This document shows positions 47,546 to 57,124 of a stretch of 64,000 nt of DNA, piece after piece. The translations under genes and the position numbers were made by a program. Every line of letters starts with the position of its first letter. Position 1 is the first letter of the stretch. Source of the DNA: a virus (Duplodnaviria > Caudoviricetes); IMG/VR virus record IMGVR_UViG_2910942425_000008, positions 1 through 64,000 of that record. One strand, 5' to 3'. The notes beneath the pieces were generated by a model. It worked only from the letters and a program-made list of their open reading frames with translations, was not told the DNA's origin and ran no database searches.

Positions 47546-47748
47546 TTTGTTACTTTGAAATATAACTTGTTGATTATGTATATAATACATAGTTCCGGTC
47601 GTGCTACTGGGAAACCCGCCTGGAAAGGCGGGTTTCTTTGTTTATAAAGGGTTTGAGGGTGTTTCTGTTTTCTGAAACTATCTATATTTTGTTACTTTTA
47701 GGACATTTTTTGTTACTAATTTGTTACCTTTGTTTTATTGGTAACAAA
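47546..47748 (+). other. attP-like site: tRNA-3'-end-like core, terminator and integrase arm repeats
   Basis: CCGGTCGTGCTAC 47595-47607; TTTGTTAC at 47546, 47688, 47709, 47720 and inverted at 47741, i.e. on both sides of the core. Confidence 0.7.
47611..47640 (+). terminator. Intrinsic terminator
   Basis: GAAACCCGCC/GGCGGGTTTC perfect 10-bp stem followed by TTTG. Confidence 0.85.
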
Positions 47749-47765
47749 AATCAGTAACACACGGT

Positions 47766-48893
47766 ATGGTTGGATTATCTATAAATTTTATTTTTGATGT
47801 AAAAGGTGTATCTAGTCTTGAAAAGCAGGGCTTGTTACAGATAGTTATAAGGCAAAATAAAACATCTCGGAGGAAATACATATCTACTGGTATCAGATTG
47901 TACAAAAATCAATTCTCAGATAAAAAAGGATTTACCTGTATTAACCATGAAAATGCAAAAGACGTTACGTCTACAGCATGGGAAATGTATAATAAAATAG
48001 AGAAGTTCTGTCTATCTGACAGATGCATAAAATGGGAAGATATAGAAAAATGGGATAAAGATAAAAACGATCTTGACTCCGTTATTAAATTTATTGAATC
48101 GGAGATGAAGTTGCGAAATATGGAATATAACACTTTGAAGGCGCATGTTACTTTGGTGAATAAGTTAAATGACTTCAAGAAGATAAAGATTTTCTCTGAT
48201 CTAACCTATTCCAATATAACAGAGTTTGATAAATACATGCGAGACAAAGGTATTGGAAATGTTTCTATAAATAAAAATCATTCTCTTTTCAATTTGTATA
48301 TCAAAATAGCAATAAACAAGGATTTGATAGAGAAAAATCCATATAATAAATTCACTCCGCCCAAAGGGAAAAATAACGATCCTGTTTTTCTCACACAAGA
48401 TGAAGTGGAAAATATTAAAAAAATATCAGGGCTTAACGATAAACTTGAAAAGGTCAAAGATTTGTTTATTTTCCAATGCTACACCGGTATGGCATATATT
48501 GATATGCAGGGTTTCTCAAAAAATAGTATTCAAGTTGTAGACGAACAAGAAGTCATTAGGAGTAGTCGAACCAAGACGGATGAATCTTTTATTTTATTAT
48601 TTCTGCCTGATGCAAAAAAAATAGCTGAAAAGTATAATTACAATTTACCTAAAATAAGTAATCAAAAATACAATGACTATTTAAAATTATTGATTGCTCA
48701 TCCCAATATTAATATAAATAAAAAGGTGACCTCTCACACCGCCAGACACACATTTGCCACATATCTACTAAATAAAGGAATACCAATAGAAACAGTATCC
48801 AAAACCTTGGGGCATGCAAGCATAAAGCAGACACAGTTATATGCCAGATTGTTAGGCAAGAAGGTTATAGATGACATGAAGAAATTATTATAG
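47766..48893 (+). CDS. Tyrosine integrase
   Basis: YTGM(R-like), SHTARHTFAT, LGHA, Y in TQLYA. Confidence 0.93.
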   Translation: MVGLSINFIFDVKGVSSLEKQGLLQIVIRQNKTSRRKYISTGIRLYKNQFSDKKGFTCINHENAKDVTSTAWEMYNKIEKFCLSDRCIKWEDIEKWDKDKNDLDSVIKFIESEMKLRNMEYNTLKAHVTLVNKLNDFKKIKIFSDLTYSNITEFDKYMRDKGIGNVSINKNHSLFNLYIKIAINKDLIEKNPYNKFTPPKGKNNDPVFLTQDEVENIKKISGLNDKLEKVKDLFIFQCYTGMAYIDMQGFSKNSIQVVDEQEVIRSSRTKTDESFILLFLPDAKKIAEKYNYNLPKISNQKYNDYLKLLIAHPNININKKVTSHTARHTFATYLLNKGIPIETVSKTLGHASIKQTQLYARLLGKKVIDDMKKLL

Positions 48894-48950
48894 AATGCGA
48901 TAAACCGCCCTACTTTCACAAGCAAGACGGCTGCCAATAGAGAATTAATA

Positions 48951-49391
48951 CTAAAACATCTTTTTTAAATACCTGATACCTATATAACCTAAAACGATCA
49001 AAATTAAAACCCTCCCGCACCATACTTGAAAGCCCTGAAAAGGTGTAAGCCTGTTCACTTCCTTCTCAATCTCTACAGGATATGGAACTTGTATGCTATC
49101 TTTAATAAATATCGAATCCCTCATTAGTTTATCCCTATACAAGTATCTGTACTTATTCAGAAAAACAGTATCATTTTTTGAATAAATAAAAACAGAATCC
49201 ATTACATGAATTGAATCTCGATGCCATCTATCAATATATTCTTTTTCCGTTTTTGTCGTTTCTATCGGTAAAGGAACATATTTTGTTTTGCACCCGGATA
49301 ATCCAACAATTAGAAGCAATAATGATAATATTATTATTGCTATAGTATTTACCTTTGATTGATCTGCGTTATTCTTCATATCTATAGTCAT
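48951..49391 (-). CDS. Unimolecular spanin-like lipoprotein
   Basis: LSGC lipobox plus C-terminal TM helix; follows the endolysin. Confidence 0.65.
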   Translation of the reverse strand: MTIDMKNNADQSKVNTIAIIILSLLLLIVGLSGCKTKYVPLPIETTKTEKEYIDRWHRDSIHVMDSVFIYSKNDTVFLNKYRYLYRDKLMRDSIFIKDSIQVPYPVEIEKEVNRLTPFQGFQVWCGRVLILIVLGYIGIRYLKKMF

Positions 49392-49890
49392 TTAAACGGT
49401 TCAACCATCCTTTTAAAAATACCTTTTGTGATGGATTGTGCTGTGCAATACTTTCAAAATGCTGTTTTCTTCTATCCCAAAGCTTTTGAAACAATTCCTT
49501 TTGATCCGGGTATTCATTCACAGCTGCAAGTGTCTTTTTCCCTACTATGCCATCAGCAACCACGCCAAGTACCTGTTGAGGGTATTTTATACCATAGCTA
49601 CCAGAACCCCACACCCAATCTACAAGAAGATTGGCTATTGACTGGTTGTTTATCAGATCGGCTTTCCACTTATCCCAATAAAGGGTTTTTAGCACATCCA
49701 TCCATTCTTCATTGGATATATTTTTCAAGTCATTTACCGATGGTTGGGGTAAGCCTTTTAATTTTCGGTAGTAAGTACATGTGCCGATGGTAATCCCCTT
49801 ATTTGTTGCACCACCCTTATCATTTGGATGATTCACAAAACCACCTTCCCATTTTAGAATTTTAGGCACTAAAAATTCAATCTTTGCCAT
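49369..49890 (-). CDS. Endolysin, glycoside hydrolase family 108 with PG-binding domain
   Basis: WEGGFVNHPNDKGGATNKGIT; FLKGWLNRL. Confidence 0.92.
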   Translation of the reverse strand: MAKIEFLVPKILKWEGGFVNHPNDKGGATNKGITIGTCTYYRKLKGLPQPSVNDLKNISNEEWMDVLKTLYWDKWKADLINNQSIANLLVDWVWGSGSYGIKYPQQVLGVVADGIVGKKTLAAVNEYPDQKELFQKLWDRRKQHFESIAQHNPSQKVFLKGWLNRLNDYRYEE

Positions 49891-50389
49891 GATCTTCTTC
49901 TGTTTTTTTGTGAGAGTGATTTTTATTCTTCTTGATTACTTCCGATAAAGCAGTTAATAAATCATCCTTATTTTCAATCAAGGTTACAATATCATCTAGG
50001 TTTTTGGATAACCTAATTTTTTCTTTGTCTTCTGCCTTTTCCAACACTGACCGTCCTTCAACATATATCAAGTATATGCTTGCTAAAATTGTTACAAAAG
50101 GTATTGGTGGAATAGGTGCATCAAATGATGTTATAACAAAAGTTATTATAACATCAAGCATAAAAGCAAAAAATAGGGCTGTGTAATACAAATTTACCTT
50201 TGAAATGGTTCTTTTCAAACCATAGGATGTTCTTGCTTCACCTCTTATTTTTGCTTTCATATAACCGCTTCTTAGGTCAATTGCAATGGCAGCAAAAACA
50301 AACAACCACATGATTGCAACAATGATAAGTTTAATTTTTAGTGATGAATAATCACCTTCTAAAATTGATTTTATAAACAATAATTTCAT
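49877..50389 (-). CDS. Holin
   Basis: Three TM segments; AIDLRSG...RTSYGLKRTISK. Confidence 0.8.
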   Translation of the reverse strand: MKLLFIKSILEGDYSSLKIKLIIVAIMWLFVFAAIAIDLRSGYMKAKIRGEARTSYGLKRTISKVNLYYTALFFAFMLDVIITFVITSFDAPIPPIPFVTILASIYLIYVEGRSVLEKAEDKEKIRLSKNLDDIVTLIENKDDLLTALSEVIKKNKNHSHKKTEEDHGKD

Positions 50390-50428
50390 TACTTTTGGAA
50401 TTTAACAATAACGCAATATTTAACAATT

Positions 50429-50782
50429 ATGAAAAAGATATTCTTCCTTTTACTGATATTGCCTTTAATGGCATGTTCATCTGATGATGAAAATGAAAGC
50501 GATAGTAGAATAAAACCTACCACCGAAAACATTATTGGATATTGGGTTGACAAGACTAGAACGGAACATAATTTTTTCCAATTCATAGATAGTAAAAATG
50601 GAAAACTTGGCTTTTATACGGAAAAAAATTCTTTTTTGAAAACGGATTTTTCATATACTATTTCAGAATATTCAATTAAATATGTTACATCGTATGGAAA
50701 ATCATATTCCTTTGATTTCTATTTCAAGGATGATTTTCTTTATATAGGAAATAGTAAGTACGAAAAATTAATCTCAAATTAA
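50429..50782 (+). CDS. Lipoprotein moron
   Basis: LPLMAC lipobox; antisense to the late operon. Confidence 0.7.
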   Translation: MKKIFFLLLILPLMACSSDDENESDSRIKPTTENIIGYWVDKTRTEHNFFQFIDSKNGKLGFYTEKNSFLKTDFSYTISEYSIKYVTSYGKSYSFDFYFKDDFLYIGNSKYEKLISN

Positions 50783-50797
50783 TCTCAAATTAATAAT

Positions 50798-53104
50798 TTA
50801 TGATATATTTAACGCTTTTCCATTCCTAAATAATCTACCACTTTGATTAGGATCAGAAGAAGGCAATCCATTCATACTAACTTCTAAATTATAACTTCCT
50901 TCACCATTATCATTTGGTATATAATATCTACTTGCTGAGAATGACGGTTGTGATTGATCCTCCCTATTAAAGAATCCCACATTTTCAGGGTTCAAATAGG
51001 ACATATATCCGGTTGAATTATCTAAAAATCTAATTTCATACCCTGTTATATCTAATACATAAGCAGGTTCGTCCCCGGTTTTCCATCCAAAATGATTTAA
51101 AAGAATTCTTGGTAAAAAGAATTTTTCGCCATCATCACCCTCATCTTCCTCGAAATACATATGAATCAAAGTTTGCCCTATACTATTTATAAACTTTAAA
51201 CTCCTATCTTCAGGATCAATCTCTATCCTATTCCCATTCTTATTACTCTCAAATTTCCCCGATAATAAAAGATTCCCTAATGCATCCCAGATAATATTCT
51301 GGTTTGCCAACCACCCCGAACCATCTACTTTAAACCCAATTGGAGTTTTTCCTTCCGCAGCATCATCAAGTGGTCCACCGAAATAAGCGACTACATCATC
51401 CGGCTCTATTGCTGCTCCGTTTATGCCTGCTACCTCTTTCCATTCATCACCAACGACAGCGCCCAGACGTATAAGGGTCGTCAATAATAGACCTTTGTCA
51501 ATCATGGTTTCGTTTTCCAGGGCAATACGAAGATAGTTTAACGCCTTTATGTTTTTTAAGTTCCCGTTAACAGCTTTCATTGCTTCCAGATATTGAACAT
51601 CAGCTTCTTTTTTATTTCCCTCAATGCTGTTTTCAATTCGGGCAAGACGCTTGTAGTCCATTACATTTCCTACAACATATTCATCCTTCGCAGTTATCGG
51701 ATATTTCCGGTACCCATATACCCGCGATAATTTTTCGCCCGATTCGAAGATCATGCTAACCATCCTTACCCGTTGGCCAATCTGTAAGTCAAGGTCATTT
51801 TCAAGCCGGAAGACAGGATTTACAATACAGGTATAAGTTGCTGTATCGGTAGCGATAGTTTTCAAATATTCCCTTGCAGCATCTTCCAGTTCCTTCTCTG
51901 CTTCCGGAATGTATTGATCGCCCACAAGAGAAATATCGAAACCATATAACACATATTCATCCCCTATCTTCGGCTTCAATATTTCATTTGGAATATAATT
52001 GTCGCCTTCAGTAATAACGATAATCTCAAATTCATCTGTTTTATCACTATATGAAAGTTCAAAATCACGACCAGCCAACCAGCTGTTATTACCGAATTGG
52101 AGCATCAATGTTTCGTTTGCCAGTATATATTCAGACTTAAACTGTAACCCCGCATCTTTAATATAATAGATTATAAATGGATCGCCGTTTTCATCTGTTT
52201 TCTCGACCTGTCGCAAGCTGGTAACATTACCGATACGTTTGGGGTAAATATCTTCGAATATTTTTACCCTTTCGATTATATCAAGCCTGTTCATACCGGG
52301 GAAGGCATCAACATAATCGCCCACTTCTGCCGGAAGCCGCAACTTCTTTTGAACAATAGCGTCTATTACTTCATCATCGCTTATCTGCCGGTAATTTTTA
52401 GGGATATTACGTGTGGAGCCAAAAGCAAACAGTCGTGTACAATAATCTTCCTCACTTTCATTTGCTTTTTGAATATCGATTAATGATACTTCACGGCGTA
52501 AAGTAACTATATCCGAACTTTCACGCTGATATACCAGGTTTATAGTTTTAAGCTCGTAATCCACATACCATTCCGCTTTGAATGCTTCGGCAATATCAGT
52601 CAGACCATCAAATACATTCTGGCTGTTGAAAGTAATGTTTTGCAGATCCGTTGGTTCAATAATACCAACAGTCCATTCTTCATTCAGATAGTTACTTATA
52701 TTATCAGCTGCTATCTCAAGAAATTGCTGGGCTTTGCCATACAATACCCATTCCACTTCCTTATAGCCCTGCATGGTGTAGAACATAACACAATCAAGAA
52801 AGAACATCTCCGAAGCCTCGAATTTCAACTCATATTTATATAATTGTGTATTTACCTCTTTCGGCTTGCAATCTTCCCTTAATCTATACTTTATACCATT
52901 ATAGTTGATATAGTCTGCACGTTTAAAAAATTCTCTGGTTGGGTAATCAAATGAGAATTGGATGTAATGTTCACCCATTACCTCATTGCTTACAACCATA
53001 TCGTCCGGCATGGCAATAGATGCTTTTGGCTTTATTGCTTTACTATCATACACCCAAAGGACATATTCTTTAGGTGTATGCTTTATGTTACCTACTTCAA
53101 TCAT
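50798..53104 (-). CDS. Baseplate hub/minor tail protein (Tal-like)
   Basis: 768 aa; TRLFAFGSTRNIP, FEDIYPKRIG motifs of Bacteroidetes siphophage tail proteins. Confidence 0.75.
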   Translation of the reverse strand: MIEVGNIKHTPKEYVLWVYDSKAIKPKASIAMPDDMVVSNEVMGEHYIQFSFDYPTREFFKRADYINYNGIKYRLREDCKPKEVNTQLYKYELKFEASEMFFLDCVMFYTMQGYKEVEWVLYGKAQQFLEIAADNISNYLNEEWTVGIIEPTDLQNITFNSQNVFDGLTDIAEAFKAEWYVDYELKTINLVYQRESSDIVTLRREVSLIDIQKANESEEDYCTRLFAFGSTRNIPKNYRQISDDEVIDAIVQKKLRLPAEVGDYVDAFPGMNRLDIIERVKIFEDIYPKRIGNVTSLRQVEKTDENGDPFIIYYIKDAGLQFKSEYILANETLMLQFGNNSWLAGRDFELSYSDKTDEFEIIVITEGDNYIPNEILKPKIGDEYVLYGFDISLVGDQYIPEAEKELEDAAREYLKTIATDTATYTCIVNPVFRLENDLDLQIGQRVRMVSMIFESGEKLSRVYGYRKYPITAKDEYVVGNVMDYKRLARIENSIEGNKKEADVQYLEAMKAVNGNLKNIKALNYLRIALENETMIDKGLLLTTLIRLGAVVGDEWKEVAGINGAAIEPDDVVAYFGGPLDDAAEGKTPIGFKVDGSGWLANQNIIWDALGNLLLSGKFESNKNGNRIEIDPEDRSLKFINSIGQTLIHMYFEEDEGDDGEKFFLPRILLNHFGWKTGDEPAYVLDITGYEIRFLDNSTGYMSYLNPENVGFFNREDQSQPSFSASRYYIPNDNGEGSYNLEVSMNGLPSSDPNQSGRLFRNGKALNIS

Positions 53105-53358
53105 TACAAAATATATTTATCTATCAACAATAATATTGCGATGGGAATCGCGCCCATCCATGTCGCAATTGTATCCATCCATGTGAATCCGGTTTTCCTT
53201 ACATACTTATCAATAAATTCTTTTCCTAAACCGGCAATCAATGGGAACAAAAGAAACCACACCCATAAATAAGCCAATTGAGCCAAAAGAAGCCCGACAA
53301 TAAAGTGTAAAACCTTATCAATATTATTCCTGCACCAGTTCTCTATTTTCGTCTGCAT
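53104..53358 (-). CDS. Small membrane protein
   Basis: DKVLHF...GKEFID pattern with TM helices. Confidence 0.65.
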   Translation of the reverse strand: MQTKIENWCRNNIDKVLHFIVGLLLAQLAYLWVWFLLFPLIAGLGKEFIDKYVRKTGFTWMDTIATWMGAIPIAILLLIDKYIL

Positions 53359-53524
53359 TGTCCTGATAGATTAATTGATTGTCTTTAATATACTGCTTAG
53401 CTTCGTCAATAGAAGTAAATTCCATATACACCACATCATCGGCGGGGTATATCGTTGCCCCTCTCGGCATTTCCTGTAACGGCATTATCAATTTGCCGTC
53501 TTTATGTAAAACGATGTACTTCAT
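53324..53524 (-). CDS. Small tail-fibre-associated protein
   Basis: Coupled to the end of the 412-aa gene. Confidence 0.5.
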   Translation of the reverse strand: MKYIVLHKDGKLIMPLQEMPRGATIYPADDVVYMEFTSIDEAKQYIKDNQLIYQDNADENRELVQE

Positions 53525-54759
53525 GCTCCTAAATTTATTATTGTTACTCCTTTAGCCTGTAATGTTTCGACCGCTGCATCTGATGCAATTGTGCGTGTGC
53601 CGTAATACGACATGATTTTCAGCCACGAACTTTCGGGCAAGGTAGGTGCAAAATCACAAGTTGCCATATCGTTAAGAAACCTGTCTACATCACCTGATGT
53701 AGCAAATCTGACAGCTTCCAACGCCATAATATATGTCCGTGAAGCCAGTTTGCCCGACCATGTAAATACCGATTTTCCGTTTTGATTCGAGAAAAATGTA
53801 AGGTTGTTGCTTGTAAACTGGCTTATATCCCCATATACGCCATCAACACCTTTCAAACCCATTGTATAACCTACTGTTGCTGCACATTTATGAAATACGG
53901 ATATATCGCCTGTAATACCTTTACAGTTCTCAAAATTGACATTGCTTAGGTTCAAGCCCGCAGGAATATGTCCTGTCAATACGGACAAGTCACCTGCAAT
54001 CTTCGTGTTTGGAACGGAGAACAAATAAAGGTTGTGATGTATGCCAGTAGTAAGACTTCCCGCCACATCATCAAAATTAGCCCGGCACGCTATCTGAAGA
54101 TTGCCCAGATATAGTTTGTTCAATATCCGTGTAGCATCGCCCGTTAGCGGTGTCATATCCTTATATATGGCTGACGATGCACCAGAACGGGTTATCATAA
54201 AGTCCGTCAGGTTAGAATAAGTAGAGAAGCCGGACAAGTCGCCGCCTATTGCCGTCTGTAAGGCTACAAAATGTTCGTTCCTTATATTGGCAAATATGGA
54301 TATATCGCCTTTCAGCCCGATTGCAGAACGCACGGAACGCAAATCATTGTATTTCAAAGCATCTATATCAAAGTCAATATAAGCGGGCATGGAGCTTATA
54401 GAGTTATTGGCGTTGGTAAAAAAATAAGTAGTCAGCGTTCCTAGCCCTATTATTCTGAACTTATTGTTCAATGAAATATATTCCGCTTCGGTAGCTTTGA
54501 AATATATGCTCACTTCCGCGCCCCAGTTTGCCGTACCCGATACCGTTTTGCCGATAACAGTCGTAAGGTCACTCTTATAAAAATTGCCGTCACCTTTCAA
54601 TGTGAACGTATAAGCACCATTCAGCCTGAAAGTCATTTTCACAAAATCGTTTTGTGTATTGTGGCTTCCTGTAGGGACAACCATAAAACGGGCTTCGTTC
54701 AATTTTAACAAATCAGTTGTCACCGATTCAGTTAATTTTATTTGTAAACATTCTGCCAT
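53521..54759 (-). CDS. LRR-like repeat tail-fibre/receptor-binding candidate
   Basis: Repeated (I/L)xGD(I/L)S units; MAECLQIKL N-terminus. Confidence 0.6.
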   Translation of the reverse strand: MAECLQIKLTESVTTDLLKLNEARFMVVPTGSHNTQNDFVKMTFRLNGAYTFTLKGDGNFYKSDLTTVIGKTVSGTANWGAEVSIYFKATEAEYISLNNKFRIIGLGTLTTYFFTNANNSISSMPAYIDFDIDALKYNDLRSVRSAIGLKGDISIFANIRNEHFVALQTAIGGDLSGFSTYSNLTDFMITRSGASSAIYKDMTPLTGDATRILNKLYLGNLQIACRANFDDVAGSLTTGIHHNLYLFSVPNTKIAGDLSVLTGHIPAGLNLSNVNFENCKGITGDISVFHKCAATVGYTMGLKGVDGVYGDISQFTSNNLTFFSNQNGKSVFTWSGKLASRTYIMALEAVRFATSGDVDRFLNDMATCDFAPTLPESSWLKIMSYYGTRTIASDAAVETLQAKGVTIINLGA

Positions 54760-54778
54760 ATTATTGTATTTTTTAATT

Positions 54779-57118
54779 TTAATTGTAATTGAAATATAAG
54801 TCCAGGTTCACGAGTTTAGCCGTTACCCATTTTTCGATGCGTTCAATCGAATTGTAAAAGCCGAGCGCATTGGGTACGTTATCGTATAGCTTTGTTAAAG
54901 GCGCATTGCCCGTTGATGGATCTATACATTCAAAAAGGAAAGTTTGGTATTTGCATTTATCGCCTACATTGTAAGCAGTTGCGTTGTTATACTCTGTGCC
55001 GTTATCCCACTCATCGCCGACAAGCTTCCAATATGCTTCATTAATATAGGATTTGCGATATGAAGGTGTTTCGCCCCATTTCTCAAACTCCTTTTTATAC
55101 ATGTCCGAACCTATCATTTCAACCCACTCATTAAAGAGATTGACAACGTTTTCAGCCGTAAATATCCCTTTATCCCTTAACTCCTTATAGCGGGCTTGAA
55201 TTTCGGGTTTATATAATTGGTTAAGCCAATAAGACGGCAAACGGTTTTCGAGCCCAAGAATAGCGCTCAAACTGTTACGTTTTACCATATTGCCCCGCCA
55301 GTGCATACCGAACACACTATCATGGTCGTAAAAAGTAGGACACCATTTAAGCCCATCCCATGTACACCATATCCAATTTTTGGCGAAACCGTCAAAATTG
55401 TAGACAAATTGAGCGTGTACGAAATAATCAATAAAGAAAGGCACATCGAAGTATTGTTCAAATTCGGCTTTGGTAGTAGACCCCGAAAAAGTAGGCAAGG
55501 CATTACTGAGCCTCACAATATTATCTTTCACCTCTTTTGAAAAAACGTCCGTATTTGACAGTTCTTTCGGATAGTCGCCGTTATACTCATTTCCGTTTAT
55601 GTCTATCAAGTCTTTCGGGTTGCGTACTTCAAATTCAGACCATACGATATTGTTTTGCCAAAATGTACTTAAAGATAAATTGCCGTCCAGAATGATATGT
55701 TTTGAATCACCTTTATTGGCTGCATAATTATCGCGATGCTTCTTAAGGTTGAGAGCATACAGGCCGTAAAATTCTTCATTGACGTATATAACAACGGGAA
55801 AGCCATCAGGATGGCATAAAGCCTCGTTTACTATATCAGCTTTCAATATGCCTGTGCCATCGTATGCAGTTGCAGACGGGTAAACGCTTTGATAAGGCTT
55901 TCTTTCCCCAACCGGGCGTGTTTGGTACATTTGTTCGCATAGCTTGTAACTTACGTTACATTGCCCCCTGAAAGCGTCTATATAATATTTCTTTATATGG
56001 AAGCTGTCTTGTGCTACCCAGTTCCCAAACTTGATTTTACAGTCGGTAAAGTCTACAGATAGGTTTTTTACCATGTATGCCATTGACGATGTGCCCTGTG
56101 CATTCAGAATAATGGGCTTCCTGAAATAGTTACCGTCCTTATCCCAATATTCCAATATTGCGTGTATATCGTCAAATTTACCCGATGGCATCCTTGAAAC
56201 AATAAGGTTTATCCGCGCCGCAACTCTCGGTATAGGTATGGCAATATCGGATTGTTCCGACCAGTCGCCTGTACCTTTGCCCGGAGAAAAACCGCTGTCT
56301 ATTAAATCCTGTTTAAGTTGGGTTATGGCTTTGACAGATAGTTTTATCCTGTCATTTATGGTTGCTGTTTCAGTCTCAAAGGTACATTCCCACTTTGTAC
56401 CGTCCTTACGGCGATACGATAAAATCCTGTTTTCAGCGTCCAGCGTCACTTCTATTCGCCCCTCGTTATCGGTTACAACGGATAGTATTCTCGATATTGC
56501 GCCGATAGCGGCGTTCACGGCTGTGTCGGATATAGGTTTGCCCGTGTTGCCTAATACGTTTACAACATCTGTATAGTTAAGTTTTAGCTTAAGGGCTGCT
56601 TTGGTATCTTCGGGCATGCCTTTGGCGACATAGATTTCTCCGTTACGGCGGAAACCGCAAAGGATAGCCGTTGATGTGTCTGTGATGGCGAAAAGATACT
56701 CACTATTCGATATAATGGATAATTGAGCATACACGGCGGGTATATCTTCGGATATTGCTACACCTGTATCAGACCACGAATCGTTTTTATACTCCCATAT
56801 AGTGCCAGTATCTAAAATACCCGCTTTGTCGCCCGCTTGTGGTTGTCGCACCGTACCGCTAGCAATATCCGCCTCCAACTTTTCAAGCGTGGAAAAATAG
56901 CCGAGATTGTGTTTGTTTTCTTCTTTTACGGCTTCCAAATCCGCATGAGAGGCTTTATTTTGTTCTAAATCATTGAGGGCATCGGTTAGACCGAGTATTT
57001 GCGTTTGCGGTAATCTTTCCGATTTATGCCAAAAAGACTTCCATGAATCCGCAAATTGCTTTTCTGTAGGCTCTTTTCCTTTTTTATAATATGATAATAT
57101 TGTAAGTAAATCTATCAT
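54779..57118 (-). CDS. Tail-fibre protein with a C-terminal CotH-like kinase domain
   Basis: N-terminal FWHKSE fibre anchor; DGFPVVIYVNEEFYGLY, DGFAKNW, FYDHDSVFG kinase-like motifs. Confidence 0.75.
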   Translation of the reverse strand: MIDLLTILSYYKKGKEPTEKQFADSWKSFWHKSERLPQTQILGLTDALNDLEQNKASHADLEAVKEENKHNLGYFSTLEKLEADIASGTVRQPQAGDKAGILDTGTIWEYKNDSWSDTGVAISEDIPAVYAQLSIISNSEYLFAITDTSTAILCGFRRNGEIYVAKGMPEDTKAALKLKLNYTDVVNVLGNTGKPISDTAVNAAIGAISRILSVVTDNEGRIEVTLDAENRILSYRRKDGTKWECTFETETATINDRIKLSVKAITQLKQDLIDSGFSPGKGTGDWSEQSDIAIPIPRVAARINLIVSRMPSGKFDDIHAILEYWDKDGNYFRKPIILNAQGTSSMAYMVKNLSVDFTDCKIKFGNWVAQDSFHIKKYYIDAFRGQCNVSYKLCEQMYQTRPVGERKPYQSVYPSATAYDGTGILKADIVNEALCHPDGFPVVIYVNEEFYGLYALNLKKHRDNYAANKGDSKHIILDGNLSLSTFWQNNIVWSEFEVRNPKDLIDINGNEYNGDYPKELSNTDVFSKEVKDNIVRLSNALPTFSGSTTKAEFEQYFDVPFFIDYFVHAQFVYNFDGFAKNWIWCTWDGLKWCPTFYDHDSVFGMHWRGNMVKRNSLSAILGLENRLPSYWLNQLYKPEIQARYKELRDKGIFTAENVVNLFNEWVEMIGSDMYKKEFEKWGETPSYRKSYINEAYWKLVGDEWDNGTEYNNATAYNVGDKCKYQTFLFECIDPSTGNAPLTKLYDNVPNALGFYNSIERIEKWVTAKLVNLDLYFNYN
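56558..56716 (+). repeat. Direct repeat copy 2, inside the CotH-domain gene
   Basis: Matches 1-159 with 7 mismatches; encodes IISNSEYLFAI...KLKLNYTDVVN in both genes. Confidence 0.97.
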
Positions 57119-57124
57119 TGCTAT

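Larger units (their letters stand above)
1..56716. mobile_element. Temperate siphophage genome, apparently complete (about 56.56 kb unit), circularly permuted and bounded by a direct repeat in the CotH tail-fibre gene
   Basis: All modules are present once: terminase, portal, capsid, tail tube, TMP, Dit, fibres, baseplate protein, holin/endolysin/spanin, integrase, attP-like site, CI, replication. Tail gene order runs off position 1 and resumes at 56716. Confidence 0.85.

Noticed and set aside
47591-47607. Complete tRNA gene at the att site
   Set aside because: Only a 3'-end-like fragment; the upstream sequence is AT-rich phage DNA.
50765-50794. AAATTAATCTC tandem repeat
   Set aside because: About 2.7 copies of an AT-rich 11-mer between convergent genes; likely slippage.
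48894-56557. Treating the integrase as a prophage boundary
   Set aside because: Genes to its right are lysis and siphovirus tail genes completing the left phage, not host genes.
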